Assembly: GCA_963775735.1 (NCBI GenBank)
Contig: CAVZKD010000007.1
Location: 214,675-278,674 of the forward strand
Length of the DNA stretch: 64,000 nt
Direction: 5' to 3'
DNA from: an uncultured Actinomycetes bacterium
Lineage (GTDB): Bacteria > Actinomycetota > UBA4738 > HRBIN12
Positions within the stretch are counted from its first letter, which is position 1. The number at the start of each line of letters is the position of its first letter. Both the position numbers and the translations under genes were made by a program. Under the pieces are notes generated by a model. That model did not search any database and was not told the DNA's origin. It saw only the letters and a program-made list of their open reading frames with translations. Below, piece after piece: positions 38,283-50,055 of this stretch.

Positions 38283-41200
38283 TCAGATACTGCCGCCAGC
38301 TCGATCCGACCCGCTCGAGCTCCGCCCGGTCGCTCGCGAGCGCGGCGTTGGCAGCCTCGAGCTCTGCCCGGTCGTCGCGAGCGCGGCGTTGGCAGCCTCG
38401 AGCTCTGCCCGGTCTGTCGCGAGCGCGGCGTTGGCAGCCTCGAGCTCTGCCCGGTCGCTCGCCAGCGCGGCGTTGACAGCGTCGAGCTCCGCCGCGAGGC
38501 CCTCGTTCTTCTGCCGGCGCGATTCGGCCTTCTCTCGCGCCGACCGGAGCTTGTCGTGGAGCGCTCGCTCGTTGGCTTCGGTCTCGCCGACGGCGGCTCG
38601 CATCGCTTCGAGATCGCCCCTCACCGTCTCGATCTCGGCGCGTGCTGCGTGGAGATCCCCGTTCACGACATCCGCGTCGACTCGTGTCGCCTCGAGCTCG
38701 GTCTTCGCTGACTCGGCTTCGGCCCGCGCCGCTTCGAGGTCGGACCTGAACGTCCCGGCTTGGGCCCGCGTCGCCTCGAGCTCGTCCCTCGCGACCTGGG
38801 CTTCGGCACGTGTCGCCTCGAGATCCCCCTGCACCGCTTCGACCTCGGCTCGTGCCACCTCGAGGTCGGTCTTGAAGGTCTCGGCTTCTCCCTGGACCGC
38901 AACGATGTCGCGCCGAGCAGCTTCGAGCTCGGTCGTCGCCGCCTCCAGTCGAGCCGTGAGCGCCCGTCGTTCGTTCTTCGCCGACTCGAGGTCCGTGCTG
39001 AGGTCGGGCCGGGCCTCGAGCTCCTCGATCCGCTGTCTGCCCGATCCGATCTCCGCGCGGGCCGCCTCGAGTTCGGCCGTCAGGTCGGGCCGGGCCTCGA
39101 GCTCCTCGATCCGCTGTCTGCCCGATCCGATCTCCGCGCGGGCCGCCTCGAGCTCGGCCATCAGGTCCGGCCGGGCCTCGAGCTCCTCGATCCGCCGCGC
39201 GCGTGCCTCGACCTCGGCGCGGGCCGCCTCGAGCTCGGCCGTCAGGTCCGGCCGGGCCTCGAGCTCCTCGATCCGCCGTGCGCGCGCCTCGACCTCGGCG
39301 CGGGCCGCCTCGAGATCGGTGCTCACCACTTCCGCGTCGCGTCGGGCGACGAGGATCTCCGCCCGTGCCGCGGAAAGTTCGGACGACGCCGTCTCCATGC
39401 GAGCCACGAGCGCGTTCCGCTCATCCTGGGCAGATTCGAGGGCCGTCGTCAGGTCCGGCCGGGCCTCGAGTTCGGCGATCACGCCGGCGAGCTCGGCCGT
39501 CTCCTGCGTGAGCTCCGCGATCTCGGCTTCCGCTCGATCCGCGCGGGTGCGTTGCTCGTTCAGTCGATCCGCGACCTCGGCCCCGGCGAGCTGTGCCACC
39601 TCCATCTCCGAGCGTGTGGACCCGACCTCCCGCTCCAAGGCCTCCGCTCGCTCGTTCGCGGCCGAGAGCGAGGTCCGAAGTGAGGCGGCCTCGGAGATGG
39701 CCGCTTCCATCTCGGCGCTGAGATCCGGCCGTTGCTCGAGCGACTGCACCTGACGGAAGAGGTCGACCACCTTCGCCTCGGCGGCACCGGCTCGCTCCTG
39801 CTGCTCGCGGAGCTGTTCGGCGGTCTCGTCGACCTGGCGTTGGAGCGATGAGGATCGGTCGGTCACATCTGAGAGTTGCGCACTCTTCGCCTGTTCGGCC
39901 AGCCTGGCTGCCGCGATCTCGGTGGCGGCTCGATCCGCGTCCGCCCTGGCCCGCTCGACCTCCGCCCTGGACCGCTCCGCCTCGGCCTTGGCATCCTCGA
40001 CGCGAACGCTCATCTCCGCCTCTCGGGCTCGGGCGTCCTCGAGTTCGCTCCGCGCCGCGGCGAGCTCGGTACCACCCTCCTCGAGCTCGCGCCGTGCCGT
40101 GGCCAGTTGCGACTTGGAGGTCTCGAGCGCGTGTTCGAGCTGCTGCTGCGCGCGCTGCAACTCCTCACGCATGGCGGCGGCTTCACCCTCGGCCGAGCCA
40201 CGCGCCTGCTCGAGCGACTCGCGTTCCGCGACGAGCGCCTGGCGTTCCCCGGCGAGCGCGCTGCGCTCCGCCGCGAGCGTCTCGCGTTCGGCCTCGAGCG
40301 TCCGGTTGGTCGCCTCGAGGGTCGCGACGCGGTCCGCGAGTTCGCGCTTCGCGTCCCGCGTGACCGCCGCCTGGCGTTTGGCCTCCACCAGCGAGTTGCG
40401 GAGCTGCTTGAACTCCTCGTCCTTGCCCGACCCGGCCCGCTCGAGATCGTCACCGAGCGCGGCAAGATCCTCGGCCCACTCCTCGGCCTGCCTCGCTCTC
40501 GCGTTGGCCTCCGCGGTCTGCCGTTCGGCGTCCCGAGCGCGCGACTCGGCCGCCGTGATCCTGGCTCGCGCCTCGCTCTCGCCCTTCTCGGCGTGGTCGG
40601 CGCGCGCCTGCGATTCGGCGATGCGTGAGGTGGCATCGCCGAGCTTCCCCTCCGCCTCGGCGGCACGCGCCTCCGTCTTGCTGACGGCCTCGTCGAGCTC
40701 CCGCAACACCTTCTTGTGTGCCGTCAGGTCCTCGGCGACCTTCTCGAGCTCCGTGCGGACGCCGGCCTCGTCGGCCTTCGCCCGCTCGATCGTCTTCTCC
40801 AGGCCCGCCATCTCCTTCTCGTGCCGGCGTTCGATGTCGAGCACCCGCGAGGGACTGATGGCGTCGCCGAACCCGGCGGCCCGCGACCCGTTCTGGGCGA
40901 ACGCGTACACGAGCACGAGCAGCGCGAGGATGCCCGCGGCGATCGTGACGACGATCCATGGTCCTCGAGCGGCCTCGATCGCATCGGACGGACCGGCGAC
41001 GTCGACGACGGCGATGTCGGACGGCCCGCCGACGGTGACGGGGACGAAGACGCTGAACGTCCCGGCGCCCAGCTCCGTCTGCGTCCCGGCCGACAGGACG
41101 CGGGCGACCTTGGCCCGCGACTCCTTCAGTCCCATGGCCTCCCGGTCCTGAGCGAAGACCACGACGGCCTCGCTGTTGAGGACGGTGACGGAGTCGTCCG

Positions 41201-41469
41201 GACCGACGAGCCCCGCGTCCACGACGGAGGAGAGCGACTGGTAGCGCTCGCCGCTCACCGGGCCGGCGAGGTCCTCGGGGATGAGCGCATCCCCGACCGC
41301 CGCCGCGGCGCGCTCGGCCGAGGCGCGTGGCCTCGGCCTCGAGGGCATGGCTCGCCTTGCCCGCCTGCTGGAACGCGCCGAAGGCCGCCGCGGCCAGCAC
41401 GAATGCGAGCGCGATGAGCGCCATACGCTGGGCGCCGCGGGGAACGCTCAAGCCACTTCCCGCCTTCAT
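38283..41469 (-). CDS. giant membrane-anchored coiled-coil protein (sensor-like N-terminus), frame break near the 5' end and at the 3' end
   Basis: ORF 38283..41348 (1021 aa) has an extracytoplasmic-like segment, then a TM helix WIVVTIAAGILALLVLVYAF, then ~850 aa of A/E/R/L coil. The likely true N-terminus, MKAGSGLSVPRGAQRMALIALAFVLAAAAFGAF (ATG 41469, TM1), is in another frame and joins near 41320-41345. Same architecture as 29120..30352. Confidence 0.7.
38314..38480. repeat. 42-bp in-frame tandem repeat x4, one unit only 41 bp
   Basis: Units are 38314-38355, 38356-38396 (41 bp), 38397-38438 and 38439-38480. They encode A(A/V)NAALA(S/T)DRAELE. The short unit coincides with the loss of frame of the giant ORF. 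Confidence 0.85.
39001..39324. repeat. 81-bp in-frame tandem repeat x4 (27 aa)
   Basis: Copies start at 39001, 39082, 39163 and 39244. Copies 1 and 2 differ at 2 nt. Copies 3 and 4 are also near-identical but carry a different central block. Encoded units: ARAE(VEARAR/IGSGRQ)RIEELEARPDL.AELEA. Confidence 0.85.
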
Positions 41470-41587
41470 CTCGAACGATCGGATGCTGGGACCGTTCGAT
41501 GTATCGGCGTGTGGGTGGGGCGACGTAAGCCGTTCGGCGCACGGAGTTGGCGACCGGTCCGGCCGGGCCGGGCCCGGTCTCTGCGGC

Positions 41588-42394
41588 CTAGCGGGCGGGC
41601 TCGACCTCGGCGGAGACCTCCGCCCACGCCTGGCCGTCCCACTCGAGCACGGTGGTCCGATACGCGGTCGGGCAGCAATGCGGGTCGCCCGGCTCGAAGA
41701 CGGCCTCTCGGATCTCGAGGGCCCCGTCGACGGCCGAGACCTCCGTGTCGCAGCCGTCGCGGCGGTAGATCTCCGCCGCGCCGCCGGCGACCGAGGTGAT
41801 CACCCGCCAGGTGGCGCAGGCCCCGCTCCCGCCCCGCTGCTCCTCGGTGAGCAGGTCGTCGACGCCGTCCCCGGTGAGGTCGGCGGGAACGACGCTGATG
41901 CCGAGGACGCCCGCGTTCGGACGGTCGGTGAACGCGTAGACGGCTCGCCAGCCGGCGTCGTCGCCCTGATCGAAACGCTGCCACACGACGAGCCCGATCT
42001 CGGGGGCGAACGGGTCGGAGCCGCGCCGCCACGCAACGGCGATCTGGTCGATCGGATCGTCGGGGGTCGTCTGGCGGATCGCGATCGTGTCCTCGGCCCC
42101 GGACGGGATGAGCACCGAGTGATCCCCGGCCTCGATCAGCACGACGTCGGCGGAGTCGCCGACCGAGCTTGGCGCGTCGGTCGGCAGTTGGAGATCCGGC
42201 TCCGGTTCCTCGCCCGGGCTCGTGGTGGCGCTCCCGGTCGGTGGTCCGGTGGGTGACGCGCTCCCGGTGTTCGATCCCGACGACGTTGGTCCGCTCTCGG
42301 TCGGTCCCGTCCCATCGCCGTCCGAGGTGCACGCGGCGAGCGAGACGATCGCGACGACCGCGATGCGGGTGACGGAGGTGAGCGGGCGGCGCAT
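41588..42394 (-). CDS. hypothetical lipoprotein
   Basis: Lipobox SLAAC, low-complexity S/T/G/P linker, then a globular domain with an FG-GAP/VCBS-like ADLTGDGVDDLL segment. No confident family. Confidence 0.55.
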   Translation of the reverse strand: MRRPLTSVTRIAVVAIVSLAACTSDGDGTGPTESGPTSSGSNTGSASPTGPPTGSATTSPGEEPEPDLQLPTDAPSSVGDSADVVLIEAGDHSVLIPSGAEDTIAIRQTTPDDPIDQIAVAWRRGSDPFAPEIGLVVWQRFDQGDDAGWRAVYAFTDRPNAGVLGISVVPADLTGDGVDDLLTEEQRGGSGACATWRVITSVAGGAAEIYRRDGCDTEVSAVDGALEIREAVFEPGDPHCCPTAYRTTVLEWDGQAWAEVSAEVEPAR

Positions 42395-42400
42395 GGGGCC

Positions 42401-42946
42401 ATGCTACGGACGATCGGGCGGTGGGCCCGGTGCCCCGGATACGATTCGGCCGTGGGACCCGCCAAGACCGTCGCGACGAGCCAGGTCACCTTGGTGCAGC
42501 TCATGGAGGTCACGGACACGAACCTCGGTGGGATCGTCCACGGGGGCGTGATCATGAAGCTGGTCGACACGGCCGCCGGCCTCGCCGCGATCAAGCACGC
42601 GGGCGGGATGTGCGTCACGGTGTCGATGGACGAGATGTCGTTCCTCGCGCCCGCGCACATCGGCGACACGATCACGGTGATGGCGAGCGTGAACGACGTG
42701 GGGAACACATCGCTCGAGGTCGGTGTCCGGGTCGAGTCGGAAGAGATCCGGTCGGGCATCCGGATCCATACCTCGAGCGCCTACCTCGTGTTCGTGGCTC
42801 TGGACGACGACGGGAGGCCCCGTCCGGTGCCACCGATCGTGGCCGAGACGGCCGACGAGCAACGTCGCCAGCGCGAGGCGCGGATCCGGCGGGAGACGCG
42901 CAAGGCGCATCGCGCTGCGATCGAACAGGAGCGCCGGCGCGACTGA
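42401..42946 (+). CDS. acyl-CoA thioesterase (hotdog fold, YciA/BFIT-like)
   Basis: TNLGGIVHGGVIMKLVDTAAG ... VTVSMDEMSFLAPAHIGD is typical. The start is uncertain: GTG 42452 is an in-frame alternative, and 42401 lies only 6 nt from the divergent lipoprotein start. Confidence 0.8.
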   Translation: MLRTIGRWARCPGYDSAVGPAKTVATSQVTLVQLMEVTDTNLGGIVHGGVIMKLVDTAAGLAAIKHAGGMCVTVSMDEMSFLAPAHIGDTITVMASVNDVGNTSLEVGVRVESEEIRSGIRIHTSSAYLVFVALDDDGRPRPVPPIVAETADEQRRQREARIRRETRKAHRAAIEQERRRD

Positions 42947-42984
42947 CGGGTCGGATCGCATCCGGTGTCTGGGAGCATGGAGGG

Positions 42985-45696
<2,712 letters not shown>

Positions 45697-45699
45697 GCC

Positions 45700-46212
45700 T
45701 CAGCTCGCCACGATCGACGTCAGCTCCGAGGCGATCGTCCCCGCCCACGCCCGGATGGCGTCCCAGTCCCGGAAGTCACCCTCGGGTGCCTTGACGGCCT
45801 TGACGACCATGCGCTCGCCGAAACCCAACGCGTCCCGCTCGAGCGAACCGAAGAACAGTCGGTGGTCTCGCGGCGCGAGCGCTTCGCGGAGCTCCGTGAG
45901 CTCCCTCGGCTGCTCATCGTCGTCGACGACCTGCGTACCGAGCGGACCGCTGCTGAACAGCCAGAGGGGGCGCTGGGCCAGGCCCTCCCGATGCCTGCGG
46001 GCGAACTCGCTGGCTTCCTTCATCCACCGACCCATGTAGATGGCGCTCCCGAGCACGACTGCGTCGTAGGGCTCCACGTCCACGACCTCGTCGACCGCGT
46101 GGACCTCGATCCGGATGCCGTGGTCTGCCAACGTCGCGGCGATGGCCTCCGAGATCCCGCGGGTGGAACCGTGCTTGGTCGCGTACGTCACGAGAACCGA
46201 CACATCGATCAC
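45700..46212 (-). CDS. flavodoxin-like protein (HemG/flavodoxin_5-like)
   Basis: VLVTYATKHGSTRGISEAIA ... YDAVVLGSAIYMGRW is the flavodoxin FMN-loop pattern. 170 aa. Confidence 0.75.
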   Translation of the reverse strand: MIDVSVLVTYATKHGSTRGISEAIAATLADHGIRIEVHAVDEVVDVEPYDAVVLGSAIYMGRWMKEASEFARRHREGLAQRPLWLFSSGPLGTQVVDDDEQPRELTELREALAPRDHRLFFGSLERDALGFGERMVVKAVKAPEGDFRDWDAIRAWAGTIASELTSIVAS

Positions 46213-46227
46213 CTCCGACTGATGAGA

Positions 46228-46259
46228 GAAGGAACGGGGCCAGATGGCCCCGTTCCTTC
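46228..46259 (-). terminator. stem-loop after the 46271..46918 gene (14-bp perfect stem, 4-nt loop)
   Basis: GAAGGAACGGGGCC-AGAT-GGCCCCGTTCCTTC at 46228-46259, 12 nt downstream of the stop. The trailing U-tract on the minus strand is weak (TCTCTCATC). Confidence 0.5.
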
Positions 46260-46270
46260 GATCGGTCCGG

Positions 46271-46918
46271 CTACTTCAGGACCGGGAAGCGCTGCACGAT
46301 CGTCGTGCGCTCCCACCACCTGCCGAACCCGAAGTACCTGCCCGCCCCGACCGCGGCCAGCACGACCAGCACCAGCGCGTAGATCACATGGTCGTCGACG
46401 AACGGGTTGTGCTCCGGCCAGATCGCCGAGAGCGTGTAGAAGACCGCCAGCCAGATGATGCCGCCGATCGCGGCGAGCCGGGTCGCGACGCCCAGGATCA
46501 GCGCCGTGCCGATCAGCAGCATGCTCAGCATGTACACCCACTCGACCCACGCGAGCCCCGCGAGGTTCGCGTACAGGTCGGCGAACGGGCCCTTCGCCCC
46601 GAACAGGATCGCCCCGTCGGTCGGCGAGCCCCCGTTGATCCACGCGTCGGCTCCGAAGAAGTCGATCGCTCCGGTCTCCGGGTTCCGCCCCGTCGAGAAG
46701 CCGAGCGCGAACGCCTTGTCCAGGAACGACCAGAGGAAGACGAACCCGAGGGAGATCCGGAGCACGCCGAGCGCCCAGGCCCCCTTGATGCGCCCCTCGG
46801 GGAACTCGACCCCGGGCCGCACGATCGGGGTCTCGAGACCGACGACCTGCGGCGTGTGACCGTTCGAGGTCACCTCCGCCGGGACCTTCAGCTCCTTCTC
46901 CAGCTGGGAGGTTTCCAT
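46271..46918 (-). CDS. DoxX/DoxD-like integral membrane protein
   Basis: ATG 46918 (METSQLEK...). LRISLGFVFLWSFLDKAF and 4 TM helices resemble DoxX-family proteins. The family call is tentative. Confidence 0.55.
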   Translation of the reverse strand: METSQLEKELKVPAEVTSNGHTPQVVGLETPIVRPGVEFPEGRIKGAWALGVLRISLGFVFLWSFLDKAFALGFSTGRNPETGAIDFFGADAWINGGSPTDGAILFGAKGPFADLYANLAGLAWVEWVYMLSMLLIGTALILGVATRLAAIGGIIWLAVFYTLSAIWPEHNPFVDDHVIYALVLVVLAAVGAGRYFGFGRWWERTTIVQRFPVLK

Positions 46919-47061
46919 GACATCCCCCTTTCGTCTCAGGGCAGCATCCGCCCCTCGACGGCCCTCGGTAGGGGCCGACCGGCCCACGTGCGCGGGGACC
47001 TTCGGCCCGGTGCCCGCACCCGAGGGGCGGCCAGGATGCGCCCATCCCAACCAAGGAGGGT

Positions 47062-47607
47062 GTGACGATGAAGCGGCTCTTCGCGTACGGCGGCTACTTC
47101 GCGAGCGGGATCCTGATCCTGTTCGGTCTCGGGACGATCATCGTGGGGGCGCTCGGTCTCTCGGAGGTTCGAGACACGATCGCCCGGGAGAACATCACCG
47201 CGACGGATGACGCCCCCGAGCTCGGCGTCGACCTCGAGCCCGGCGAGCCGATCGACACCGGCGCCGAAGCCAAGGAGTTCGCCAGGATCATCCGGGCGCA
47301 CGTCCTCGAGTCGACCGGCGGCCGGACGTACGCCGAGATGGGCCGGTACCTGACCGAGACCGGTGAGGAGACGAACGACGAGGCGGAAGCTGCGACGGAC
47401 GAGCAAGGAAACCCCGTCCCGAACGGCGTGCGCAACCTGTGGGTGACCGCGACGTCGCTGACGACCGCGCTCAACACGGCCTTCCTGGCCGAGCAGATCG
47501 CGCTGTTCTCGATCGTGATGGGCATCGCCCTGCTGCTGACGGGGGTCGGGTTCCTGGTCCTGACGATCAGCGTGCTGCGCCCGAGCTCCGAGCCCGCTTC
47601 CGCGTAG
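47062..47607 (+). CDS. hypothetical 2-TM membrane protein with acidic loop
   Basis: TM helices at both ends (GYFASGILILFGLGTIIVGAL; FSIVMGIALLLTGVGFLVLTI). The start could be ATG 47068. No family recognised. Confidence 0.5.
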   Translation: MTMKRLFAYGGYFASGILILFGLGTIIVGALGLSEVRDTIARENITATDDAPELGVDLEPGEPIDTGAEAKEFARIIRAHVLESTGGRTYAEMGRYLTETGEETNDEAEAATDEQGNPVPNGVRNLWVTATSLTTALNTAFLAEQIALFSIVMGIALLLTGVGFLVLTISVLRPSSEPASA

Positions 47608-47749
47608 GCGGATGGCCACCGGAGTCTCGCGACCCTCCGGTGACGGCCGCGAGGCTCGAGGCATCGTCCCGAGCGAACCGGGACCTTCGGCCCCCGCCGC
47701 CCGACGGCCCCCGCGACATGCTGGGACCGAGATCGAAAGGAGGCGTCAC

Positions 47750-48763
47750 ATGCGCGCTGCGGTGATCCGAGCGTTCCGCGAACCGTTGACGATCGAGGAC
47801 CACCCGATCCCGGAGCCCGGCCCCGGTGAGATCCGCGTGAAGATCGAGACCTCGGGTGTCTGCCACACCGACATCCACGCCGCCAACGGCGACTGGCCGG
47901 TCAAGCCTGCCTTGCCACTGGTCCCCGGGCACGAAGGGGTCGGGCTCGTCGAGGCCGTCGGTGACGGCGTCACCCGCGTCGGCATCGGCCAACGCGTCGC
48001 GATCCCGTGGCTGGGCGGTGCCGATGGGACCTGCGAGTACTGCGTGAAGGGTCTCGAGACCTACTGCGTGAGCCCGACGTTCACGGGCTACACGGTCGAC
48101 GGCGGGTACCGCGAGTTCTCGATCGCGAGGGCGGACTATGTCGGCCTCGTCCCTGAGGGTGTCGACCCGCTCGAGGCGGCACCTCTCACATGCGCCGGCG
48201 TGACGACCTACAAGGCCGTCAAGACGGCCGAGGTCGGGCCGAGCGATGTCGTCGGGATCGTCGGGATCGGCGGGCTCGGCCACCTCGGTCTTCAGTACGC
48301 GAAGATCGCCGGCGGGTTCACGGTCGCGATCGACGTGGACGACGCCAAGCTCGACCTGGCGAAGCGGCTTGGGGCCGACCACGTGATCAACGCCGAACGG
48401 CAGGACGTCGTGGAGGAGATGCAAGCGTTCGGCGGCGCCGACGCGATCGTCTCGACCGCGGCGACGCCCGCGCCCCTCTCGACGGCCTTCGCGTCGCTGC
48501 GACCGGCCGGGCGGCTGGTATTGGTCGGGCTCCCCGCCGACAACGTCTTCCCCCTGCCGATCTTCGAGACCGTGCTTCGCGGGATCACCGTCGTCGGATC
48601 GCTCGTCGGGACGCGCGAGGACCTCGCCGAGGTCTTCCAGCTCCACGCGCAGGGCCGCACGCAGGTGGAGCTCGAGACTCGCGACCTCGGTCGGGTGAAC
48701 GAGTGCTTCCGCGAGGTACTGGCCGGATCGGTCCCCGCCAGGCTCGTCTTCGACATGCGCTGA
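47750..48763 (+). CDS. zinc-dependent alcohol dehydrogenase (AdhP-like)
   Basis: ATG 47750 with GAAAGGAGG upstream. GVCHTDIH, GHEGVGLV, CEYC.....C structural zinc loop and GIGGLGH NAD motif. Confidence 0.9.
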   Translation: MRAAVIRAFREPLTIEDHPIPEPGPGEIRVKIETSGVCHTDIHAANGDWPVKPALPLVPGHEGVGLVEAVGDGVTRVGIGQRVAIPWLGGADGTCEYCVKGLETYCVSPTFTGYTVDGGYREFSIARADYVGLVPEGVDPLEAAPLTCAGVTTYKAVKTAEVGPSDVVGIVGIGGLGHLGLQYAKIAGGFTVAIDVDDAKLDLAKRLGADHVINAERQDVVEEMQAFGGADAIVSTAATPAPLSTAFASLRPAGRLVLVGLPADNVFPLPIFETVLRGITVVGSLVGTREDLAEVFQLHAQGRTQVELETRDLGRVNECFREVLAGSVPARLVFDMR

Positions 48764-48781
48764 GGGCGGAGGCCCTCGACG

Positions 48782-49456
48782 TCAGCCCTGGGTGCCCGGG
48801 GTGGTCGTGTGGCGGGCGAGGTAGGCCGCGGCCTCGGCCCGCCGCGCCACCTCGAGCTTCGACAGGATGCTCGAGACGTAGTTCTTGACGGTCTTCTCCG
48901 CGAGTCCGAGCTCGTCGCCGATCTCTCGGTTCGTGTCCCCGTCCGCCACGAGCGAGAGGATCCGCTCCTCCTGCGGTGACAGTCGGGCGAGCTTCTCGTC
49001 CTTCAACAGATGTTTGCCCTTCCGGAGGCGATCGAGGACCGCGTTCGTCACCGCCGGGTCGAGCAGGCTCTCGCCCTTGCCAACGGTGCGGATCGCTCGC
49101 ACGAGTTCGCCGCCTCGCACCTGCTTGAGCACGTAGCCGGACGCGCCGGCCATGATCGACGCGAAGAGCGCCTCGTCGTCGGCGAACGAGGTCAACATCA
49201 CGACCCGGATGTTCGGGTGGTTCGCTCGGATCTCGCGCGTCGCTTCGATGCCGCTCCCGTCGGCCAGCCGCACGTCCATGACCACCACATCCGGCCGGGC
49301 CCGGTCCGCCTCGTCGACGGCTTCCCGGACCGTCCCGGCCTCGGCTGTGACCACGATGTCGTCGGTGGCCTGCAGGAGGGCCTTCACGCCGCCGCGGACG
49401 ACCTCGTGATCGTCGACGAGCAGGACGCGCAGCGGCGGCTGATCCGGGGAACCCAT
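48782..49456 (-). CDS. NarL/LuxR-family response regulator
   Basis: REC domain (LLVDDHEVVR ... VVMDVRLADGSG) plus LuxR HTH (LSPQEERILSLVADGDTNREIGDELGLAEKTVKNYVSSIL). Confidence 0.9.
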   Translation of the reverse strand: MGSPDQPPLRVLLVDDHEVVRGGVKALLQATDDIVVTAEAGTVREAVDEADRARPDVVVMDVRLADGSGIEATREIRANHPNIRVVMLTSFADDEALFASIMAGASGYVLKQVRGGELVRAIRTVGKGESLLDPAVTNAVLDRLRKGKHLLKDEKLARLSPQEERILSLVADGDTNREIGDELGLAEKTVKNYVSSILSKLEVARRAEAAAYLARHTTTPGTQG

Positions 49457-49470
49457 CGGCTCCTGGAATC

Positions 49471-49959
49471 CTAGCCGTGTGCGCGGGCCCGGTCGGCGAG
49501 GCGTTCTCCCACCCGGTCGAGGAAGTCCTTCACCGTCGCCTCGGCGACCCGGTGCAGCAGGGCCTTATCGAGCACACGGCCGACGATCCCCAAGGGGGGA
49601 CGATACCGAGCGCTCATCGAGAGCTGCGTACGACGCGCACCGAGCGCGGCGATCTCGATGTCGGCGTCGAGCCGTGGGAGGGCGCGTCCGCCGCGCTCGG
49701 CCGTCCAGACGATCGGGAGCGTGGTCGACGTCGAGGGGACCGAAACCGGATCGCCGATCTCGATCCGCACCGGTCGCTCGACCCGACGGTCCTCACCGAC
49801 CTCGAATCCCACCTCGACGAGCAGCCGCTCTCCCCGGTCCTCTGCGTCGGACGCCATGCCCGGCAACCACGAGCCGGGGTTCGCCAGCAGCGCGTGCTCT
49901 ACCTCGCCGAACGGCACGGGCAGCTCCAGGTAGTAGCGGATGAACACGAGGCCGAGCAT
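49471..49959 (-). CDS. hypothetical protein
   Basis: ORF 49471..50367, trimmed to ATG 49959 (MLGLVFIRYYLELPVPFGEVEHALL...). Non-shadow composition. No family recognised. Confidence 0.4.
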   Translation of the reverse strand: MLGLVFIRYYLELPVPFGEVEHALLANPGSWLPGMASDAEDRGERLLVEVGFEVGEDRRVERPVRIEIGDPVSVPSTSTTLPIVWTAERGGRALPRLDADIEIAALGARRTQLSMSARYRPPLGIVGRVLDKALLHRVAEATVKDFLDRVGERLADRARAHG

Positions 49960-50055
49960 GCGGGCGACCGGTGCGTGCCCGGAGGGTCGAAGGACCCTCG
50001 ACCGCAGGGACCTCTGGCTCGGGTCCGTCTGCCCGCCGCACCCGAGACTGCGGGC

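Noticed and set aside
37700-39324. Could the tandem repeat arrays be CRISPR arrays?
   Set aside because: The units abut head to tail with no unique spacers. Their lengths are multiples of 3 (42, 81, 126 bp), and they translate in frame into coiled-coil heptads within long ORFs. No cas genes are present.
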